NCBI RefSeq assembly: GCF_009936135.1
Contig: NZ_CP047901.1
Span: 344,984-408,983, forward strand
Length of the DNA: 64,000 nt
DNA from: Candidatus Chazhemtobacterium aquaticus
GTDB taxonomy: Bacteria; Patescibacteriota; Microgenomatia; UBA1400; Chazhemtobacteraceae
Reading direction: 5' to 3'
Shown one piece after another: positions 49,423-60,129 of this stretch. The translations under genes were made by a program, and so were the position numbers. The notes under the pieces were generated by a model. It worked only from the letters and a program-made list of their open reading frames with translations, was not told the DNA's origin and ran no database searches. Numbering within the stretch: position 1 is the first letter of the stretch; every line of letters starts with the position of its first letter.

Positions 49423-50709
49423 CTAATTAGAATAAAACCAATCCCATCCAGGGCTATCTACTTCCAGAATCTTACTTTTTAGCATTTTATACACCCCATC
49501 CTCTTTAATTGTCTGCCACGTCCCCTCATAATAATGATAGTCAACTTCACCACCACTCCAATTTTTAGTTGAAAACTTTATATTCACAGTATCCTCACTG
49601 TTTTCTTGTGGCTCAACAAAAATAACATCCACATCCAAAATATCAGTAAATCTATTTGTCCACTCCTCAAAATTAGTTTTTTGAAGGTACTCAGTACTAA
49701 GTAGAGCAAATCCATCTTCCATTCGCCTAGCTTTTAAATAAGTATAAAACGCCTCAACCGCCCCTTGAGGTGACTCTGACGGATCAACTTGAATTTTAGT
49801 AATGTTCTGGTCAGTAAAGTTTGGCACTCCTATTTTTGCCCAGTCACCGCTAATAAACAAAGATAACCCCGCTAAACCAATTGTGTTAATACCAACTACC
49901 TGACCGCACTGATCAACTAACGGTCCCCCGCTCATACCATCAACCAAACTAATATCAGTCTGAATATACGGTACGGTCATCTGTTTCGATTTTCTAAAAT
50001 CAATGAACCTGCCTCTTACCAAAGTAGCACTACCCGCCAAATCTGTTCCTAGAGGATATCCAGCCGTAATCAATGGTTCATCAGCTTGCAATATCACCTT
50101 ATCAGGTAGCGGCAAGACCATATCGGGATACTTGTCATCTGTAAACAATACCGCCATATCAGTCTCTTTGTCTCCAACGATCCGATTTGGGGTAACAAAC
50201 TTACCATCTGAAAAAATAATCTTCGGACTTGGCTCGTCGGCTATGACATGGAAATTGGTTATAACCTGGTCTGGGGCAATAAAAAACCCCGTCCCCTCTG
50301 AATATCCACCAACAACCCTAACAACTGACTTTTGAATATTTTCCCGAACACCAAACGAACAAAGAAATTTTCCATACCACCCATATTGGTTGCGTATATA
50401 GTCAGCGATGACGAATAGAGAAGCGGCCATGTATACAACCACGCCAATAATAAAAATCGACTTCAATAAATTCTTCAAACTTTTGAATGGAAAGATAATC
50501 GTTTCAAAAATGATTTTGATTAGAGCGATAAGAAATTTAAAGATAAATTTTACGAGGTAGTACACGGTGTAAGTAACGAGTTTTATGGGAAACAGGTAAA
50601 TGGGAAACAATAGCCGTTTAAAGTAGGCTACAAACCTAGTGACTAAATTTTTCGAGGTAGTTTTTATGTACCTCGATAATTTTTCAAATTGTTTTTCAAA
50701 AACCTTCAT
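49423..50709 (-). CDS. Membrane-anchored trypsin-like serine protease (S1C, no PDZ)
   Basis: GTGF, TNFHV (His), DMAVL (Asp), GMSGGP (Ser). Confidence 0.88.
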   Translation of the reverse strand: MKVFEKQFEKLSRYIKTTSKNLVTRFVAYFKRLLFPIYLFPIKLVTYTVYYLVKFIFKFLIALIKIIFETIIFPFKSLKNLLKSIFIIGVVVYMAASLFVIADYIRNQYGWYGKFLCSFGVRENIQKSVVRVVGGYSEGTGFFIAPDQVITNFHVIADEPSPKIIFSDGKFVTPNRIVGDKETDMAVLFTDDKYPDMVLPLPDKVILQADEPLITAGYPLGTDLAGSATLVRGRFIDFRKSKQMTVPYIQTDISLVDGMSGGPLVDQCGQVVGINTIGLAGLSLFISGDWAKIGVPNFTDQNITKIQVDPSESPQGAVEAFYTYLKARRMEDGFALLSTEYLQKTNFEEWTNRFTDILDVDVIFVEPQENSEDTVNIKFSTKNWSGGEVDYHYYEGTWQTIKEDGVYKMLKSKILEVDSPGWDWFYSN

Positions 50710-50900
50710 TCTATTATCTGTTTTGATCGATAGTCGTAACTCCTAAAACAATCGATACATACGGTGTTTGGTAGTTCATCGTTCAAAAAACTCCTTACCA
50801 ATGATTCAGATTATATATCACCTTTCCCTATCAGCCGTCTAATTAGCCCGCCACTCGCCTGACGTGTTTACCTGCAAAATTCCAGGAAACTTGAAACCTC

Positions 50901-50930
50901 TTGACTTTCGCCTTTTATTCGGGTTATCTT
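50901..50930 (+). promoter_or_regulatory. dinB-operon promoter with direct repeat in the spacer
   Basis: TTGACT 50901, TATCTT 50925, ATG 6 nt later; TTCGC-N6-TTCGG at 50907-50922. Confidence 0.5.
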
Positions 50931-50936
50931 AAACCC

Positions 50937-51197
50937 ATGGTCCAACGTCTCAACGAACCCGTTTCTGTCACTCTCTTCTTTAATCATCAAAACCATTCCG
51001 TTTTCCCCAAAACCATCATCTGGCACAACCACTCATATCCCATTACTAAGTTAGGTCTCCATCATTCATATCGTCTTGGTTCTACTCTCTACCATATCTT
51101 CTCGGTTGTCTCCCGTTCATATTTCTTCCGTCTTAAACTAGACACCTCTACTCTTCACTGGACTCTCGAGGAACTAAGTGACGGTCTACCCACTTAA
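50937..51197 (+). CDS. Small protein upstream of dinB (ImuB C-terminal/DUF6504-like pattern)
   Basis: PKTIIW..YPI..HIFSV..FRLKLD..WTLEE; 10 nt from dinB. Confidence 0.6.
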   Translation: MVQRLNEPVSVTLFFNHQNHSVFPKTIIWHNHSYPITKLGLHHSYRLGSTLYHIFSVVSRSYFFRLKLDTSTLHWTLEELSDGLPT

Positions 51198-51207
51198 ATA
51201 GAGTTAG

Positions 51208-52440
51208 ATGATCCAACCTCCCAATCTTCCCTTTAACCCAAAACCTGCCTCCATCCTCCATCTTGATATCAACTCCTGCTTTGCCACCATTGAACAACAA
51301 GCCAATCCTCTGCTCCGCCATCGCCCCATCGCCGTTGCTGCCTACAACCAACCTAGTTGTTGTATCATCGCTCCCTCCATCGAAGCCAAGCGTCTTGGTA
51401 TTAAGGTGGGCACTCGTGTCGGGCAAGCCAAGGCCATCTGTCCTAACATCACCATTCTCGAACCTGATCCTGACAAGTACCGCTTCATCCACCATCAACT
51501 TAAGAATCTTCTTGATTCCTACGCCACCTTGGTTACTCCCAAATCCATTGACGAGTTTGCTCTCGACTTCTCGGATCAACCATCTATAGACCTTCCTAAA
51601 ATCTCTCTAGAAATCAAGCAAAGAATAAAACAAATAGGCGAGTACATTACCGTCTCCATCGGTCTAGGCCCCAGCCGATTTCTTGCCAAAACTGCTGCTG
51701 GCCTACACAAGCCTGACGGCCTTGATCAAATCACCATTCACAACTTTTACTCCATCTACAACCAATTAAAACTCACTGATCTTAATGGTATTAATCTTAA
51801 GAACCAAGCCCGTCTTAATTTGGTTGGCATCTACTCAGTTCTTGACTTCTATAACGCCTCCTACCACCGCCTCTTTTCTGCTTTCCGCTCCGTCCTTGCT
51901 CAATACTGGTTTACCCGTCTTCGTGGGTATGAAGTCGACGACCGCCAGTTTGACCGTAAAAGCTTTGGTCACTCCTATGTCCTCCCCCGACCACTTACTA
52001 AAGACAAAACTCTACCCATTATCCAAAAACTCACTCATAAAGCCGCTCTTCGTCTCCGTCGCGCCGGCTTTCAAACCCAGTCTTTGTCTTTAGGCTTCCT
52101 CTACACCGACCACTCATCTTGGCATCAGCAGCACCGCCTTCCCCAACCTCTTTTTAACACCAGCCGCATCTTCAAACAACTTATTCACCTTTCCTCCTCT
52201 TCACCCAACAAACCCATTAAAACCATCTTTATCTCTCTTCAGTCTCTCGTCTCCCAAGACTATCACCAACTCTCTCTTTTTCAAGACTCTCTAAAAGATC
52301 ATAGACTTACTCATGCCACTGATCTAATCAATCACGGCTGGGGCGACTTTACCATTACTCCTGCTCGCATGCTCACGGCCAGCCAAGCAGCCCTTGATCG
52401 CATTGCCTTTGGTCAAGATCTATTAAGGAACCATCCTTGA
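51208..52440 (+). CDS. dinB: Y-family DNA polymerase IV
   Basis: LHLDINSCFATIEQ, SIEAKRLGI, SIDE, LAKTA, KPDG, KSFGHS. Confidence 0.92.
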   Translation: MIQPPNLPFNPKPASILHLDINSCFATIEQQANPLLRHRPIAVAAYNQPSCCIIAPSIEAKRLGIKVGTRVGQAKAICPNITILEPDPDKYRFIHHQLKNLLDSYATLVTPKSIDEFALDFSDQPSIDLPKISLEIKQRIKQIGEYITVSIGLGPSRFLAKTAAGLHKPDGLDQITIHNFYSIYNQLKLTDLNGINLKNQARLNLVGIYSVLDFYNASYHRLFSAFRSVLAQYWFTRLRGYEVDDRQFDRKSFGHSYVLPRPLTKDKTLPIIQKLTHKAALRLRRAGFQTQSLSLGFLYTDHSSWHQQHRLPQPLFNTSRIFKQLIHLSSSSPNKPIKTIFISLQSLVSQDYHQLSLFQDSLKDHRLTHATDLINHGWGDFTITPARMLTASQAALDRIAFGQDLLRNHP

Positions 52441-52500
52441 CACCACCCTTCCTCCTCCTTTACTATGTGGCAAGACAGCCTTTAATAATTAAGCTTTTTC

Positions 52501-52905
52501 ATGGACGACAATAATCAAAACCCTTCCGTTAACAATCCTTCTCCCACTCCTCCCGCTACCCCTCCTACTCCACCCACCTCAACACCTACCGATCCAACCA
52601 ATCTTCCTCCTCAGGCTCCCACCCCTACCCCCAACCCCACTCCTTCTGCTCCTGTAGAAATTCCCACTCCTGATCCAGTTGCTCCCCCCACCACTCCTCC
52701 TACCCCTCCCGCAACACCCCCAACTCCTCCAGCTCCCACAACCGAGCAGCCCACCGCCGAGGACCTAGAACTCAAGCGTGCGCAGGAGAACCTCAACGCC
52801 GCCGCCGGCAGTGTTGCCGCCACTCCCCCTACCCCTTCTGCGACTCCAGCCCCAACTGGATCTACCTCTTCTCAGGTTCCTACCGAAGATCCTAATCTAG
52901 GCTAA
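52501..52905 (+). CDS. Pro/Thr-rich low-complexity protein
   Basis: 134 aa ORF filling the gap; one helical island EDLELKRAQENL. Confidence 0.55.
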   Translation: MDDNNQNPSVNNPSPTPPATPPTPPTSTPTDPTNLPPQAPTPTPNPTPSAPVEIPTPDPVAPPTTPPTPPATPPTPPAPTTEQPTAEDLELKRAQENLNAAAGSVAATPPTPSATPAPTGSTSSQVPTEDPNLG

Positions 52906-52915
52906 CCCAATCTCT

Positions 52916-53242
52916 ATGGCCAGCGACTTAGTCTGGACCAATCATCTTGAACAAAGACTTCTTCAGCGTGGTATCTCTCGCAATGAAGCCTATGACGCCA
53001 TTCGTCATCCTGACCAGTCTATTCGCCTCTCCTCAACCAAGTGGAAACTAATAAAAAGCTATCCTCACAAACGTATCGTCGTCATTGCCGTTAAACAGCA
53101 ACATCAATGGATCATTCTCTCTGCCTGGACCAAAAACTCTCACAGCTCAAAAAGTTTCAATCAAGAACACCCTGTCACTCGTTTTTTTAGAAACCTACTC
53201 GTTAAGGGTGTTGACACCCTTGCTCACCTCATCAAACGCTAA
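52916..53242 (+). CDS. DUF4258-like protein
   Basis: WTNHLEQRLLQRGIS..AIRHPD..WIILSAW. Confidence 0.7.
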   Translation: MASDLVWTNHLEQRLLQRGISRNEAYDAIRHPDQSIRLSSTKWKLIKSYPHKRIVVIAVKQQHQWIILSAWTKNSHSSKSFNQEHPVTRFFRNLLVKGVDTLAHLIKR

Positions 53243-53527
53243 ACCTCCCCACTTCTCCCGTATCTGCCAATAAACAGAGCAGTCCATCAAGGCAAATACT
53301 CCCTCTCTCTTTTCTCCTCTAGGGCACTCGTAAACTACCGCTAGTATGAAAAAAACCACCGCCATAAATACAACTGAAATAACCAGCCAGCTAAAAATCT
53401 GTGAATAAAATTGATATCCAGAAGGAATCAGTTCATACACACCTGTTGCCAAGTGAACAAACCACTCAGAAAAAGCAGCTAAAAACATAATTGCCAACAC
53501 TACTCCCAAAAAAACACTACCAGCCAT
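53195..53527 (-). CDS. Hypothetical membrane protein
   Basis: Two TM segments; TAGGAT 7 nt upstream of ATG. Confidence 0.5.
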   Translation of the reverse strand: MAGSVFLGVVLAIMFLAAFSEWFVHLATGVYELIPSGYQFYSQIFSWLVISVVFMAVVFFILAVVYECPRGEKREGVFALMDCSVYWQIREKWGGLAFDEVSKGVNTLNE

Positions 53528-53554
53528 AGATTCAATCCTACCAAAAATATAAAA

Positions 53555-54259
53555 CTAAAGTCTTTCTCGTAATCGTTCCCATTGCTCTTTCCTTAAAACC
53601 AGCTCAGGATTAGCCTTAATAATCTCTTCCGCCTTGCTCATGTGTGACTCGGCTTCTTCTTTTCTTCCAAGTTTGACTAAAGCCTCCGCAGCACTCATAT
53701 GCATCCCTGACAACCAAACATCCTTGTTGTACCTTGACTCATCACTCACCTCCAATAGGTTAATTGCTTCAAGCAATCTTTCATAACCACCCTCATCACC
53801 AGTCATCATCTGACAAAAACTCAAGTGAGCCATCATCTCTGCCTTGAACCCATCTCGGTTATGACTCTCTGGTAAGTCGTCTTTACTCTCTACCGCTCTC
53901 TCATGCCACTTTAATGCCTCTTCATACTCGCCCAAAGACTCATACACCTTTCCAACTGTATGGCAGGGTAATACCGTCGCACTTTTATCCCCACTCCTCT
54001 CAGCTGCCTCTACCCCAGCCGTAGCTGCATGAACCGCATATCTAAGCCACAACTCTGAACCTGTTTTATCCGCCAAATGTCTAGCCGTTAACACCCTTGA
54101 CTGCAACACCTCGGCAAAACCAAGCACATCTCCATCCTCAATATATGCCGCCATAGCCTCATCAGTAAACCTCAAAGCATCCACAAACTCCCCTTTCTCC
54201 CTGGCTTCCTCTGCTTGTCCATGAATTCTCCGTCCTTGTTCGCTTGTATTCATAACCAC
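53555..54259 (-). CDS. TPR-like repeat protein
   Basis: GKVYESLGEYEEALKWHERA and similar helical repeats. Confidence 0.75.
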   Translation of the reverse strand: MVMNTSEQGRRIHGQAEEAREKGEFVDALRFTDEAMAAYIEDGDVLGFAEVLQSRVLTARHLADKTGSELWLRYAVHAATAGVEAAERSGDKSATVLPCHTVGKVYESLGEYEEALKWHERAVESKDDLPESHNRDGFKAEMMAHLSFCQMMTGDEGGYERLLEAINLLEVSDESRYNKDVWLSGMHMSAAEALVKLGRKEEAESHMSKAEEIIKANPELVLRKEQWERLRERL

Positions 54260-54260
54260 A

Positions 54261-55094
54261 TTATACCTTCCTACTCAAATCCAAATCAACCATAAACTCA
54301 TCATAGAATTTACTTCCCTTCGAAACCACCCTATTCAACATCTCATACCTGCCGCTATCTGATCGATCAAGCATATCCCTCAAAACCCTTACATAACTAT
54401 CGTACAAATTGTCATCCCCCATCTCCTTAGCCTTTTTGACAAAATGCACAATCTCCATCAATAAACTAGTAGGTAACCAATAATTCTCTGGTTGTCGCCT
54501 CTCATCCACAAATCTACCCACGTAAGCAAGAATCTTTCCTCTCCCTTTAAGTACAGCCAAGGTTGTCCGCCCGTTTCCATCATATACCACTAATTTGTCC
54601 TTTCCTTCTATGCTTTTTTGAGTCGCAATGATTGGATTAGTCGATCTCTCTTCCGTTATCTCATACCACTTTTGCATCTCTTCTAGGTGACTTTTTCTTA
54701 ACCTTTCATTTTTTAAATATCCACTCATAGCCAGTCTCACCTCATTACCTTCAGGAACCATCTCCTTCACCAATGAATTAACAGTGCCAAAATTCAAGAG
54801 CTCCAGCTCTATCTCTTCTTTTGTCCACCTAACATTCTCTCCAGTGATGAAATTCAGCAAGTGACTATACAACTTAAACCCCATCATGATCCCGTGTACA
54901 CCATTCCAAAAATCCCTTACCGGATACAAGAACGGTGCCTCATCAAACCACCCTTCAATATCCTGATCAATCCTTCTCCAAACCTCCCCTTTTATCGAAG
55001 GAAGATACTTCCTTAACTCGTGCCTTACATAATCAACCCCGATTTCTCTTCTAATTTGCTCATACAAATGTTTTGGGTAAACCTCTCTCTCCAT
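54261..55094 (-). CDS. ParB/sulfiredoxin-like domain protein (start probably 55094)
   Basis: NPIIA..LVVYDGNGR..ILAYV; TAGAAT 6 nt upstream of ATG 55094. Confidence 0.6.
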   Translation of the reverse strand: MEREVYPKHLYEQIRREIGVDYVRHELRKYLPSIKGEVWRRIDQDIEGWFDEAPFLYPVRDFWNGVHGIMMGFKLYSHLLNFITGENVRWTKEEIELELLNFGTVNSLVKEMVPEGNEVRLAMSGYLKNERLRKSHLEEMQKWYEITEERSTNPIIATQKSIEGKDKLVVYDGNGRTTLAVLKGRGKILAYVGRFVDERRQPENYWLPTSLLMEIVHFVKKAKEMGDDNLYDSYVRVLRDMLDRSDSGRYEMLNRVVSKGSKFYDEFMVDLDLSRKV

Positions 55095-55127
55095 GGCCAA
55101 ATTCTAACATGGTAAAATCCAACTCTG

Positions 55128-55853
55128 ATGCTAAGACTAACCACTCTCATCATTGTTTCTTTTCTTCTCACTGCCTGTAATTATGCTGCCTTAGAAAAAG
55201 AAAACGATCCTAATCAACCCTCATCTCCCCAAATTAATCTTAATCTTGAATCAAACAATCAAACTGGCTCTCAACCAGATAATCAACAATTACCACCACC
55301 ACCCATGGATCAACAACCAACCGCAACCCCAGCCCCCAATCTCGCCTCATCAGCCGTCATTGTCACCTCTCTTGGCGATATTACGATAAAACTGTTTCCT
55401 GACAAAGCCCCTCTCACTGTCAGTAATTTTGCCGGACTAGCTACTGGTACAAAAACCTGGACTGATCCTAGAACTGGTGGGCAAAAAACCGGAGAACCTC
55501 TGTACAACAACACCATTTTTCACCGAGTTATCGCCAACTTCATGATCCAGGGAGGCGACCCCTTGGGTACTGGAACTGGCGGACCAGGTTACAAGTTTCA
55601 AGATGAAATCGCCCCCGATCTTGTCTTTGACAGACCCTATCTTCTTGCCATGGCCAACTCAGGTCCTAATACCAACGGATCTCAATTCTTCATTACCGTT
55701 GCCCCCACTCCCTGGCTTAATGGTAAACACACCATTTTTGGCGAGGTAGTCGGTGGCCAAGAAATTGTCGATCAAATCGCCACTACTCCAACTGACAGCA
55801 ACGACCGACCTCTAGAAGATATCACCATCAAGGTTATTCAAATCACCCCCTAA
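55128..55853 (+). CDS. Cyclophilin-type peptidyl-prolyl isomerase, lipoprotein
   Basis: Lipobox LTAC; [42 protein letters not shown]. Confidence 0.95.
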   Translation: MLRLTTLIIVSFLLTACNYAALEKENDPNQPSSPQINLNLESNNQTGSQPDNQQLPPPPMDQQPTATPAPNLASSAVIVTSLGDITIKLFPDKAPLTVSNFAGLATGTKTWTDPRTGGQKTGEPLYNNTIFHRVIANFMIQGGDPLGTGTGGPGYKFQDEIAPDLVFDRPYLLAMANSGPNTNGSQFFITVAPTPWLNGKHTIFGEVVGGQEIVDQIATTPTDSNDRPLEDITIKVIQITP

Positions 55854-55857
55854 ATTT

Positions 55858-56718
55858 GTGTCAAACACTTCTTCATCTGGCCGCAAAATAGGCGCTCACG
55901 TCTCAGCTGCTGGTGGACCAAGCAAAGCCGTAAACAACGCTCTTTCCATTGGTGCCAATTGTTTTCAAATTTTTGCCGGCTCTCCTCGCACCTGGAAACG
56001 ATCTCTTTACGACCAAAGCGAGGTAGATCGCTTTAACCAGCTAGTTGATCAAAACAACCTCAGGCCCGTCTTTATTCACGCTCTCTACCTAGTTAATCTA
56101 GCCTCTGATAATCCAGAAACACTGGACAAATCCTTACAGTCTCTTCTTGTTGATCTCCAAAACGGGGACCAGATTAATGCAGCCGGTGTCATTGTTCACC
56201 TAGGTTCTCATCAGGGTAGGGGATTTAACTCCGTTAAGTCTCAATTAATCCAGAAGATCAATCTGCTACTCAGTCAAACGAAATCTACCCCTCTCCTAAT
56301 CGAAAATTCCTCTGGACAAAAAGGTAAGGTCGGGTTACTTACTGAAATTGAGGTACTTCTCTCCCAGATCTCTTCAGACAGACTTCAGGTTTGTCTAGAT
56401 ACCGCCCATCTCTTTGAAGCCGGTTATGATCTAAACAACACTAAACAGACAGATCAGCTCATCAAAGAACTAAAGCAGCGAAACATACTTCCCCGCCTTA
56501 GCTGTCTCCACCTTAATGATTCCAAAACCCCCCTTGGCTCAGCCAGAGATCAGCACCACAATCTGGGACAAGGACATATTTCTCTTGCCGGCCTAAAACA
56601 TCTCGTCAACCATTCTCAGTTAAAACATCTCCCTCTCATTTTAGAAGTACCTGGATTCAACTCAAAAGGACCTGATCAACAAAATATCCAAATCGCCCAG
56701 TCTCTTATTCATACCTAA
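55858..56718 (+). CDS. nfo: Endonuclease IV
   Basis: IGAHVS, HALYLVNL, IEN, CLDTAH, HLNDSK, DQH. Confidence 0.93.
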   Translation: MSNTSSSGRKIGAHVSAAGGPSKAVNNALSIGANCFQIFAGSPRTWKRSLYDQSEVDRFNQLVDQNNLRPVFIHALYLVNLASDNPETLDKSLQSLLVDLQNGDQINAAGVIVHLGSHQGRGFNSVKSQLIQKINLLLSQTKSTPLLIENSSGQKGKVGLLTEIEVLLSQISSDRLQVCLDTAHLFEAGYDLNNTKQTDQLIKELKQRNILPRLSCLHLNDSKTPLGSARDQHHNLGQGHISLAGLKHLVNHSQLKHLPLILEVPGFNSKGPDQQNIQIAQSLIHT

Positions 56719-57919
56719 TCGCTTCAATCGGTGGTAAGCTAGCCGCCCTTCTTGCTGGAAATACTCCAAAGAAAACTCCGATTGCTGTAGAGACTCCAAA
56801 TGATATTGCCACTGCCAAAAAGTTAATCGCAACCGGGAAAAAAATTCTTATTATCATCACCAAAATCACTGCCAACAACAGACCTAGTAGTCCTCCAAAC
56901 AAAGACAGCATGACCGACTCGGTCAAGAACTGCATTAAGATGTCTTGTCTCGTCGCCCCTATTGCTCGCCTAATACCCACCTCCTTGGTTCTCTCAGTTA
57001 CAGAGGCATACATAATATTCATAATTCCAATTCCTCCAACTATCAAAGATATTGATCCAATTGCTACCAAAATCGCATTAACCACTCCAAAAATTTGATT
57101 CACCGTTGACAATATCTCTTCTTGTTCCACCACTGAAAAATCACTCTCCTTGTATCGTCTTAATAAAATCTGCTCAGCTTGTTCCTTAACGCTGGCTACA
57201 TCATCCTTTGACAATACTCCTAAATAAATCGACCAGAATGTCTTGTCAGGATTCATCGTTCCAAAAGTAGTTGTGTATGGCAAAACCACCGACCCATCTG
57301 TCTCTGGATCACCAATCTTCTCCATTACTCCACTAACTCTAAACCTAATATCATCAACTCTAATCGTCTTACCAACAGCCATATCGGGCTTCTCAAACAG
57401 ATCTTTAGCCATCTCATAACCAAGAACTGCTACTTTTGTTCTACCTTGTATGTCCGACTGATCAAATAGTCTACCCTCATGAACCTCCGCTGCCATGGTC
57501 TTAAAAAAACCTTCATTTACACCCATAACGTATCCATATTCTTCTTCACTTCCTGTTTCGATTAAGGCAGATTTAAAATAAACAGGAACTACATACTCAG
57601 CGCCACTGATTCTTTCCAATGAGTTTAAATCTCGCTCATCAAATTTTATTCCTCCAACCATCCCTGCCGGAGAACTAAAACCTCCTCCTCCACCACCTCC
57701 AAAACCACTTCCCGGCATGATCATAACCATGTTTGCCCCCAAGTTTTCAAAAGACTCTTTGATGTAGTTTTTCAAGCCTAAACCCAAGGCGATCAGCATT
57801 ACTACCGACAACACTCCAATCATGATTCCCAGAGAAGTCAAAAAAGTTCTTACTTTGTTTCTCTTGAAATCAGCTAGCGCCGAGATAATCAAATGATAGG
57901 TACCGTTCTTTAGTTTCAT
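56705..57919 (-). CDS. MacB-family ABC transporter permease
   Basis: RTFLTSLGIMIG, VGGIGIMNIM, ERTKEVGIRRAIGA, PIEAIRYE. Confidence 0.93.
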   Translation of the reverse strand: MKLKNGTYHLIISALADFKRNKVRTFLTSLGIMIGVLSVVMLIALGLGLKNYIKESFENLGANMVMIMPGSGFGGGGGGGFSSPAGMVGGIKFDERDLNSLERISGAEYVVPVYFKSALIETGSEEEYGYVMGVNEGFFKTMAAEVHEGRLFDQSDIQGRTKVAVLGYEMAKDLFEKPDMAVGKTIRVDDIRFRVSGVMEKIGDPETDGSVVLPYTTTFGTMNPDKTFWSIYLGVLSKDDVASVKEQAEQILLRRYKESDFSVVEQEEILSTVNQIFGVVNAILVAIGSISLIVGGIGIMNIMYASVTERTKEVGIRRAIGATRQDILMQFLTESVMLSLFGGLLGLLLAVILVMIIRIFFPVAINFLAVAISFGVSTAIGVFFGVFPARRAASLPPIEAIRYE

Positions 57920-58593
57920 TTTGTTTCCTTTACAACTTTTCCATCCCTCATATATATCCGACGTCTAGTTTTCTCAGCTATCTCTAGTTCATGAGTTACT
58001 ACCACTATCGTCACCCCCAGCTCTTTGTTAAGACTTGCTAACAAATCCATAATTTCATCTCCTGAAGCAGTATCCAGATTTCCTGTCGGTTCATCCGCCA
58101 AAATAACTGACGGCTTCATTATCAGCGCTCTCGCCACAGCTGCCCTCTGCTGTTGTCCTCCTGATACCTTGTTTGGATAAAAATTACGCCTTTCCCAGAT
58201 TCCAAATCTCTTTAGTAAGTCTTCTGCATTTTTCTCAACATTAAAATCAATGCTCGATCTGGCGTATCTTGTCGGCATTAACACATTCTCCCAAATCGTA
58301 AACTTATTTATTAAATTAAACGATTGAAACACAAAGCCTACTTTTCTGTTCCTAATTTCCGACAAATCATCATCAGATAGTCTAGATACATCCTTACCCT
58401 CTAATAATAATTTTCCACTCGACGGCACTTCCAACAATCCAATCAGATGCATCATTGTTGATTTGCCACAACCAGATGGGCCCAAAATACTCACGTACTC
58501 CTTTTTCTTTATCTCCAGACTTACATCATCAACAGCCCTCACCTCTTCGTCTCCTAAAAAATAAGTCTTAGAAACTCGATCAAGCTTAATCAT
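57916..58593 (-). CDS. MacB/LolD-type ABC transporter ATPase
   Basis: GPSGCGKS, SGGQQQR, ADEPTGNLD, VTH. Confidence 0.95.
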   Translation of the reverse strand: MIKLDRVSKTYFLGDEEVRAVDDVSLEIKKKEYVSILGPSGCGKSTMMHLIGLLEVPSSGKLLLEGKDVSRLSDDDLSEIRNRKVGFVFQSFNLINKFTIWENVLMPTRYARSSIDFNVEKNAEDLLKRFGIWERRNFYPNKVSGGQQQRAAVARALIMKPSVILADEPTGNLDTASGDEIMDLLASLNKELGVTIVVVTHELEIAEKTRRRIYMRDGKVVKETK

Positions 58594-59608
58594 AGATTAC
58601 ATCACCTTCTTTCACCTCTCCTTTGACCTCAACTCTCTCCTCCCCTTCAACTCCCACCTCTACCTTCACCTTCTTCCCGCCATCAAGTAACAAGAATCTC
58701 TCACCTTTTTCTGAGTTCACAAACCTTGGTGGTACATACAAAACATTACTAACCTGTTTACGAGTTAAGAAAACATCTCCAGTCATACCTACTCGAAATT
58801 TGTTCAAATCAACCTCTCCAAATCTAATCTTAACCTCATATACTGCCCCCACCTCACCGACTTTTGGAGCTAGGGCAATATACTCAATCTCTCCGATCAG
58901 TTCTTCGTCTGAAAATGCATCCAACCGAATCTTTGCTTCTTGGCCAATTTTCAAATCAACCACCTCAGTTTGATCAGCATTCACTGAGAAGTAAACACTC
59001 TCTGGATTGATCAACTCAATCTGACGCTCTGCCATAGTTGTGTTAACACCAGAATACGGATGAGTTACCGATACCACCACACCATCAAACGGTGCAACTA
59101 TGCCAGCATTTCGTAAATTTCTCTGTGCCATAACCACTCCCTCATAAGCTCTATCTTTTGCCACCTCAGCGGCAGTTCTTTTTTCTTTTGTCAAAAAATC
59201 CTCATCCTCATCGTTATTTTTTACCTCGTCATACACCCTTTCCAGCGTTGCCTCGGTTGCTCTTAAATTTGACAAGGCCTGTTGATATGCCGCATTTAGA
59301 CTAACAGTATCTAGTTTTGCCAATACCTGACCTTTCTTAACCCAATCACCTTCCTTGGCACCCATCCAAGCTACTTCACCAGCGGTTTGAAATACTAAAC
59401 TAGCATGCTCCTCAGCTTTAATTTGCCCTGTTAAAACCAACTCCTCGACCACCTCACCTCGCAAAACCATAGCTTTTTCAGTGTCATTCTCACCTCCCTG
59501 CCAAATCTTCCATCCAATCAAACTAACAATCGCTACTACCACCACCAACCACAACCATCGACGGCGGTTACCTTTTTTCTGATCAACTTTGCTTTCTTTC
59601 TTTGCCAT
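58586..59608 (-). CDS. Membrane fusion / periplasmic adaptor protein (MacA-like)
   Basis: N-terminal TM, GDWVKKGQVLA, IVAPFDGVV, GMT; start 59608 inferred. Confidence 0.88.
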   Translation of the reverse strand: MAKKESKVDQKKGNRRRWLWLVVVVAIVSLIGWKIWQGGENDTEKAMVLRGEVVEELVLTGQIKAEEHASLVFQTAGEVAWMGAKEGDWVKKGQVLAKLDTVSLNAAYQQALSNLRATEATLERVYDEVKNNDEDEDFLTKEKRTAAEVAKDRAYEGVVMAQRNLRNAGIVAPFDGVVVSVTHPYSGVNTTMAERQIELINPESVYFSVNADQTEVVDLKIGQEAKIRLDAFSDEELIGEIEYIALAPKVGEVGAVYEVKIRFGEVDLNKFRVGMTGDVFLTRKQVSNVLYVPPRFVNSEKGERFLLLDGGKKVKVEVGVEGEERVEVKGEVKEGDVIYD

Positions 59609-59695
59609 AACAAATTTCAAAAGCAATTCTATCACTATTTAAAGCTAATTACACTTGCTTCAGCTCAAGATACCGCCTATATTATTACTAATCTC

Positions 59696-60103
59696 ATGAA
59701 ACATTTAGGGCCAGTCATAGTCCGTATTTCACTAATCACAGCCATTGTTATCACTGGATATCTGATCTACCAGTCTCCTTCTTTTTCAAACCAACTTAAA
59801 TCTCTTCTTTCCTCTCTTGGTAACAAGGCTTCAAGTTTAAACATCGGTGATAGTAATTTAGCTCTCACTTTTAAACAAAAACTCATCGATCAACAACCAA
59901 TCATCAACGAGAACTCTCAAAAAACCGCATCCCCCTCGACTGTTATGGGCACCTCTACTTCCGTAGTCACTCAACAAGCTAGGGACTTTATCTCTACTAC
60001 CACCCAAAAAGTTATGTCTGACCTTCAGTCCCTACCCAAAGAACAAGCTGCCGATCTGGTACGCCAAACATGTGATCAAATTATTAGCGAACTAGAACGC
60101 TAA
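59696..60103 (+). CDS. Hypothetical membrane-anchored protein
   Basis: N-terminal TM, 135 aa. Confidence 0.65.
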   Translation: MKHLGPVIVRISLITAIVITGYLIYQSPSFSNQLKSLLSSLGNKASSLNIGDSNLALTFKQKLIDQQPIINENSQKTASPSTVMGTSTSVVTQQARDFISTTTQKVMSDLQSLPKEQAADLVRQTCDQIISELER

Positions 60104-60129
60104 ACATTTTCCCTGATAAAATACCATCC

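Noticed and set aside
52501-52905. Pro/Thr-rich protein as a second sortase substrate (contains APTG)
   Set aside because: No signal peptide and no TM or basic tail after the motif
52916-53242. DUF4258-like protein as toxin of a toxin-antitoxin pair
   Set aside because: No adjacent antitoxin-like gene recognisable
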